A DNA stretch of 61,693 nt from Cyanophora paradoxa CCMP329 (Eukaryota; Plantae; Glaucophyta): assembly GCA_004431415.1 (NCBI GenBank), contig QPMI01000153.1, positions 1-61,693 of the forward strand, given 5' to 3'. Below the pieces are notes generated by a model, which worked only from the letters and a program-made list of their open reading frames with translations, did not search any database and was not told the origin of the DNA. This document shows, one piece after another, positions 57,708 to 61,693 of this stretch. A program made the translations under genes and the position numbers. Positions within the stretch are counted from its first letter, which is position 1, and each line of letters opens with the position of its first letter.

Positions 57708-58499
57708 ACATGGTCCGATGTTGCTCCAAGCACCCCAGGAACCCAGACGAGAAAAGATTACGTGGCCGTTTCTTCAACGCTGAGAGTAGCATACTATGAT
57801 AGGACGCTGCCAGGCTGATCATCGGACATGCGGAAACGGCCATGGATGATACCGATAGGAGCTTACCGCCGGTACATTTCTTCGCATTTTTGAGTTCCTC
57901 AAGATCGGAGAAGCAGCTAGACGGCCTAGGCCTAAGAGCCCAGGAACGCTCGCAGCTGCAACAATTGCAAGCTTTTTTAAGTGATCCGTGAATGAGAGCG
58001 GCGAAAAGTTATACACTGCTCCAAGGAGCCACGCGGCATTCTTCCGTAATATCGCGTACGCGCCCTCCTCGGCACGGTAGTAGCCTACCCGGTACGGTAG
58101 CTAGCAGCTGCCGCGGCGCCGCCGCCTGCCGGCCGCGCCGCACGCATATCGCCTCCTCCGAGATTGCTGGGAAGAGCAGCTGGCCATGGATATCGATATA
58201 TCGATGCGGCAGCGATAGCTCGGCCAGAGAGCTACGCGGATAGCTGGCGAGAGCAGCATGCTACGCCGAGAGCCGCCAGCTGCGATGCCGCCTGCTGCAG
58301 CGTCTCACGCAATGTTTGGCGTTGGTGGGAATAGGCCGCTTCTTGCTCCTCAACATGCGGCTTCTCTTATGCTCCCACGCACTTGCTCCAATCCGAGCTC
58401 CGGAAAATCCGACGGCCAGCTTCCCCAATGGTTTGAACTCCGTTTCTCCGTTTGAACTTCAGCTGAACGGCGTCGCAGGCTGCTCTCTTACGCCCCAAA

Positions 58500-60820
58500 G
58501 GACGAGCTTGGCAATCTCCTCCTGGCGATTGTGTCCCGGACCCGCCAAATCGTCAGCATCGAGCACGCAGAGCACGCGGCGGGACGTTCAGTCGACCTGC
58601 TCGAACTGCGGGCCGAGCGCGCTGAGCTCGAGGCCGAGCGTGCGTTTCGCGCGCCCGTTCAAACGGGGACGTTGGGCGACGGCGGTGCGCAGAGGCGGCG
58701 GAGCTGCGAGCGATCATGGAGCGCTGGCTGGCGATGCGGGAGAGGCTGCAGCAGCTCGAGGCCCGCCACGCCGACCACCTCGACCTCCCCTCCCAGGTCC
58801 CCACGGCGCCCCGCCCCGCCCCACTGGCGCGCCTCACAGGGGGGCAGGGGCGGGGGTTCGAGGAGGGCGGGGCGTGCGGAAGCCCGCTGGCGTCGAGCGT
58901 CGCCTCGGTCGCCTCCAGCGTCTCCTCCGCCTCCTCCGCCTCCTCGGGTTCCTCGGGCTCCCACGCCCGGCCGCTCGCCCCGGAGCAGGCCGCCGAGCAG
59001 GGGCGCCTCGAGGGGGAGAACCGGGCGCTGAAGGAGAGCGTGCGGGTGCTGCGGGTGCAGCTGGAGGCGGTGGGGGCGCAGCACGCGGAGCTCTGCGAGC
59101 AGCGCGACGCGGTGAAGCGGCGGCTGGACGAGAACGTGCGCCTCGCCGGCCTCGCCGCCGCCCTCGAGCACGACCTCGCCGAGCACCGCGCCGCCGCCAA
59201 GGAGGCCGCCGCCGAGGCCGACCGCCTGCGCGCCCGCCTCGCCGCCGCCGAGCAGCAGGCCGCCGCCCTGCGCGACGCCCTCCGCGCCGCCGGCGAGGAG
59301 GCCGCCATCACCAAGGTCCCCGCCCTCGCCCCGCCACCCCTCCCCGCCGCCCCGACGCGCCCCCGCCGCAGGCCCGCGTCGCCGCGCTGGAGGCCGAGTC
59401 GGCCCGCCTGCGGCTCGAGTGCGCGGGCGCGGGGCGCGGGTGGTCGCAGAGGGGGAGCTGACGGGGCCAGGCTGGAGCGGGACACGGCGATGCTGCAGGG
59501 GATGGGGGCGGACAACGTGCAGCTGAACGAGGAGCTCGCGGCGCTGCGCGGGCGCGACGCCGCCCACGCCGACCGCCTCGCCGCCCTCGACGCCGACCTC
59601 GCCGCCGCCCGCGCCGACGCCGCCGCCGCCCGCGCCGCCGCCGCACAGTCCGCCCCGCCCGCCCCGCCCCGCCCCGCCCCGCTTCCGCCCGCGACAGTGG
59701 CGGCAGGGCGCAGGAGCGGGCAGCAGCTGCGGAGGAGGAGGCGGCGCGATCGCAGGCGCTGGCCGAGGAGAGTGCGGGGGAGAGCGCGGCGCGCGGGGCG
59801 CAGCTTGCCGCCCTCGAGGCCCGCCTCGCCCGCGACGCCCTCGACGCCCGCTCGCTGCCGCGCACCCCGCCGGCCTTCTCCGAGGCCCTCGGCCCCTCCC
59901 CGCCCCGCCCCGCCGAGGGGGCCCCGGGGAAGAGGCGCTGCGGCCCCTCCTGCCGCCGGGCTTTGCGGGGGCCCTCGCCTCCCCGCCGGCGCCCCCCGCC
60001 TGCGGCCGCGCAGCTCCCTGCCCCACGCCCCCTCCCCGTCCACCCTGCTCCGCACCGCCTACGAGCAGCCGGCGCAGCGCCCCGAGGCCTTTCTCGACGC
60101 GCTCCACCCGCATTTGGGGTCGGCCCCCGACCCGCTGCCCCCGCTCCCCTTCCCCGGGCGGGGGGCCTCCTCCTCGGCGGCCTCATCACCCTCCTCCGCC
60201 TCGGCCGGCGCGCGGACAGAGGCCGTGAGCGCCGAGGCCGTCGCCGCCGCCCTCCAGCGCGCCCTCCCGCCCGCGCCACCGCCTGGGAGCCCGCCCCGGC
60301 CCCGGCCCGGCCCTGCGCCCGCGCCGGCCTCAGGCACGGAGGCGGCGACGCAGGCGCGGGCGGGGGCGGGGTGGCGGCGGGGGCGAGGGGCAGTGGCTCG
60401 CGGCCCTCGAACGCGCCTTCAGCCTCGCCTCCCCACGCCCGGCGGCGGCCCCGCCACGCAGGCGCCCCTCCCGCCCCGCGCCCCGCCGCACCCTCCCGCA
60501 CTCGCCCCCCACGCCACCTCGGCGGTGGCGGGGCGTCGGCGGCTGGGCTGGCGGGCCGGTGGGCGGGCGGCGGAGCTTCACGACGGGCGCCTCGTGGCGC
60601 TCGGCCGTGTCCATGCCCGTCTCCCGCGGCGAGCCGGCCCGCTCGTGCGCCGGCCCGCCCCGCGCCGCGCCCCGCGCCCGCGCTGGGAGGGCCACTGAGG
60701 GGCGCGCAGGGCGGGGGGGACCTCAAGGGGACGCTGGAGAGCCTGCAGGCGCGGCTGCAGCGGACGCGCGACGAGTGGTCCGAGTCCATGCGCGAGATCG
60801 ATGCCCTCCTCTCCCCGTGA
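58500..60820 (+). CDS. Coiled-coil protein, multi-exon
   Basis: LEGENRALKESVRVLRVQLE ... LKGTLESLQARLQRTRDEWSESMREIDALLSP*; start uncertain. Confidence 0.65.
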
Positions 60821-61107
60821 CCCCGCCCCGCCGCCCCCGCTCTCATCATTCCCTAGCGCGTAGCGAAGCGAGCTCAACGCAGCGCTCGAGGGCAGAGGTT
60901 AGCCTAGTAGGACAGTCATAGGATAGGAGGGACAGGCGACCCTTCTCGTCGCGAAGATTTTAATAGTAGGCGGCCCCACCATGTTAGAGACCGAATAGTT
61001 CGCGATTCTAGTCCAACGCGTACGGTTCTAGCATGTCAGCCCTTTCGCTTATCGATATTGATATCGAGTATCAACCAGTTGGCGAGCTTTCGATTCGCTT
61101 AGACCTA

Positions 61108-61239
61108 CCGTAGTACTCTTTCAACGGTGCCACAGTGCTAGTCATGCCGCGCCACGATGATCTCTACCAGTGGCTCTCTTCAAGAGAGTCTTATTCGCGG
61201 GTAAAACCTATATTCAGTCTGTATTTATGCGTACTACGG
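61108..61239. mobile_element. Small TA-flanked MITE, same family as 30580-30841
   Basis: TA|CCGTAGTAC ... GTATTTATGCGTACTACGG|TA. Confidence 0.65.
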
Positions 61240-61300
61240 TAAAACTTGAAATACCATACGGAGTGGGAAGTGGCAAGGCCGGAAGGAGCACTTGTCTACT

Positions 61301-61693
61301 CTACTTGCGGGGGCGGGGTGGGGAGAGGCGGGATCCGCCGGAGGGGTGGCGGAGCGGGGAGGAGTCGCGACTACGGGCGGCGAGGGGCCCCTGCGGGAGC
61401 TGGGCGACGAAGTCGTGCAGCCAGGCGCTGTGGCCCTTCAGCAGGTCGCTCACGTAGTCGCCCTCCAGGGCGGGCCCCCGGGCCCCCGGGCCCACCCGCC
61501 CGCCCTCCTCCCCCCCGCCGCTGAAGTAGCGCTGCCACTTGGCGCGCAGGCCGCTGTCGCCGGCCCCGGGAGCCTGCTTGCCGAGAAAGGCGGCGGCGGC
61601 GGCGGCAGCGGGGGCGTGTGCGCCCGAAGCGGGACGGCTGCTGAGGCTGCTGGTGACGAGGGTGGCGGAGGCCGTGTGTGCAACGAGGGGGCC
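61301..61693 (-). CDS. 3' end of a hypothetical gene (partial)
   Basis: ALEGDYVSDLLKGHSAWLHDFVAQLP...RK*. Confidence 0.4.
   Translation of the reverse strand, partial: GPLVAHTASATLVTSSLSSRPASGAHAPAAAAAAAFLGKQAPGAGDSGLRAKWQRYFSGGGEEGGRVGPGARGPALEGDYVSDLLKGHSAWLHDFVAQLPQGPLAARSRDSSPLRHPSGGSRLSPPRPRK

Noticed and set aside
51842-60849. Long Pro/Arg/Gly/Ala-rich ORFs (400-760 aa) on both strands, here and throughout the window
   Set aside because: Shadow ORFs caused by extreme GC content and stop-free introns. True genes are spliced subsets.
1-61693. tRNA or rRNA genes
   Set aside because: No cloverleaf or rRNA-conserved motifs were recognised by eye.

Overview
Eukaryotic, GC-rich, intron-dense genomic window from a flagellated, plastid-bearing protist. 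A Tab2 gene with an 'MASF' transit-peptide start, a TSNAXIP1-like gene and tiny C/G-rich introns point to a glaucophyte such as Cyanophora; this is inference. About 1-17.1 kb is a putative endogenous DNA-virus element related to Nucleocytoviricota, truncated at the left edge. It carries DUF5767-like and SSB-like genes, a D5/SF3 helicase interrupted by spliceosomal-type introns, a YqaJ exonuclease, a GNAT-like ORF and small membrane ORFs. It also shows a shared ATTTTCT motif upstream of its ORFs and an inverted-repeat/iteron control region. A palindrome-rich AT tract separates the element from host genes. The host genes are an LRR-coiled-coil protein, a microbial-rhodopsin homologue lacking the Schiff-base lysine, pyruvate kinase, an orphan Pro-rich/helical-repeat gene, a PAQR receptor, a bHLH-ZIP-LOV-LOV-like candidate light-regulated transcription factor, TSNAXIP1-like, an ARM/TPR protein, purH, Tab2 and coiled-coil proteins. 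Two related TA-flanked MITEs are present. Exon joins were read by eye, many boundaries are approximate, and family names come from motif recognition rather than database searches.
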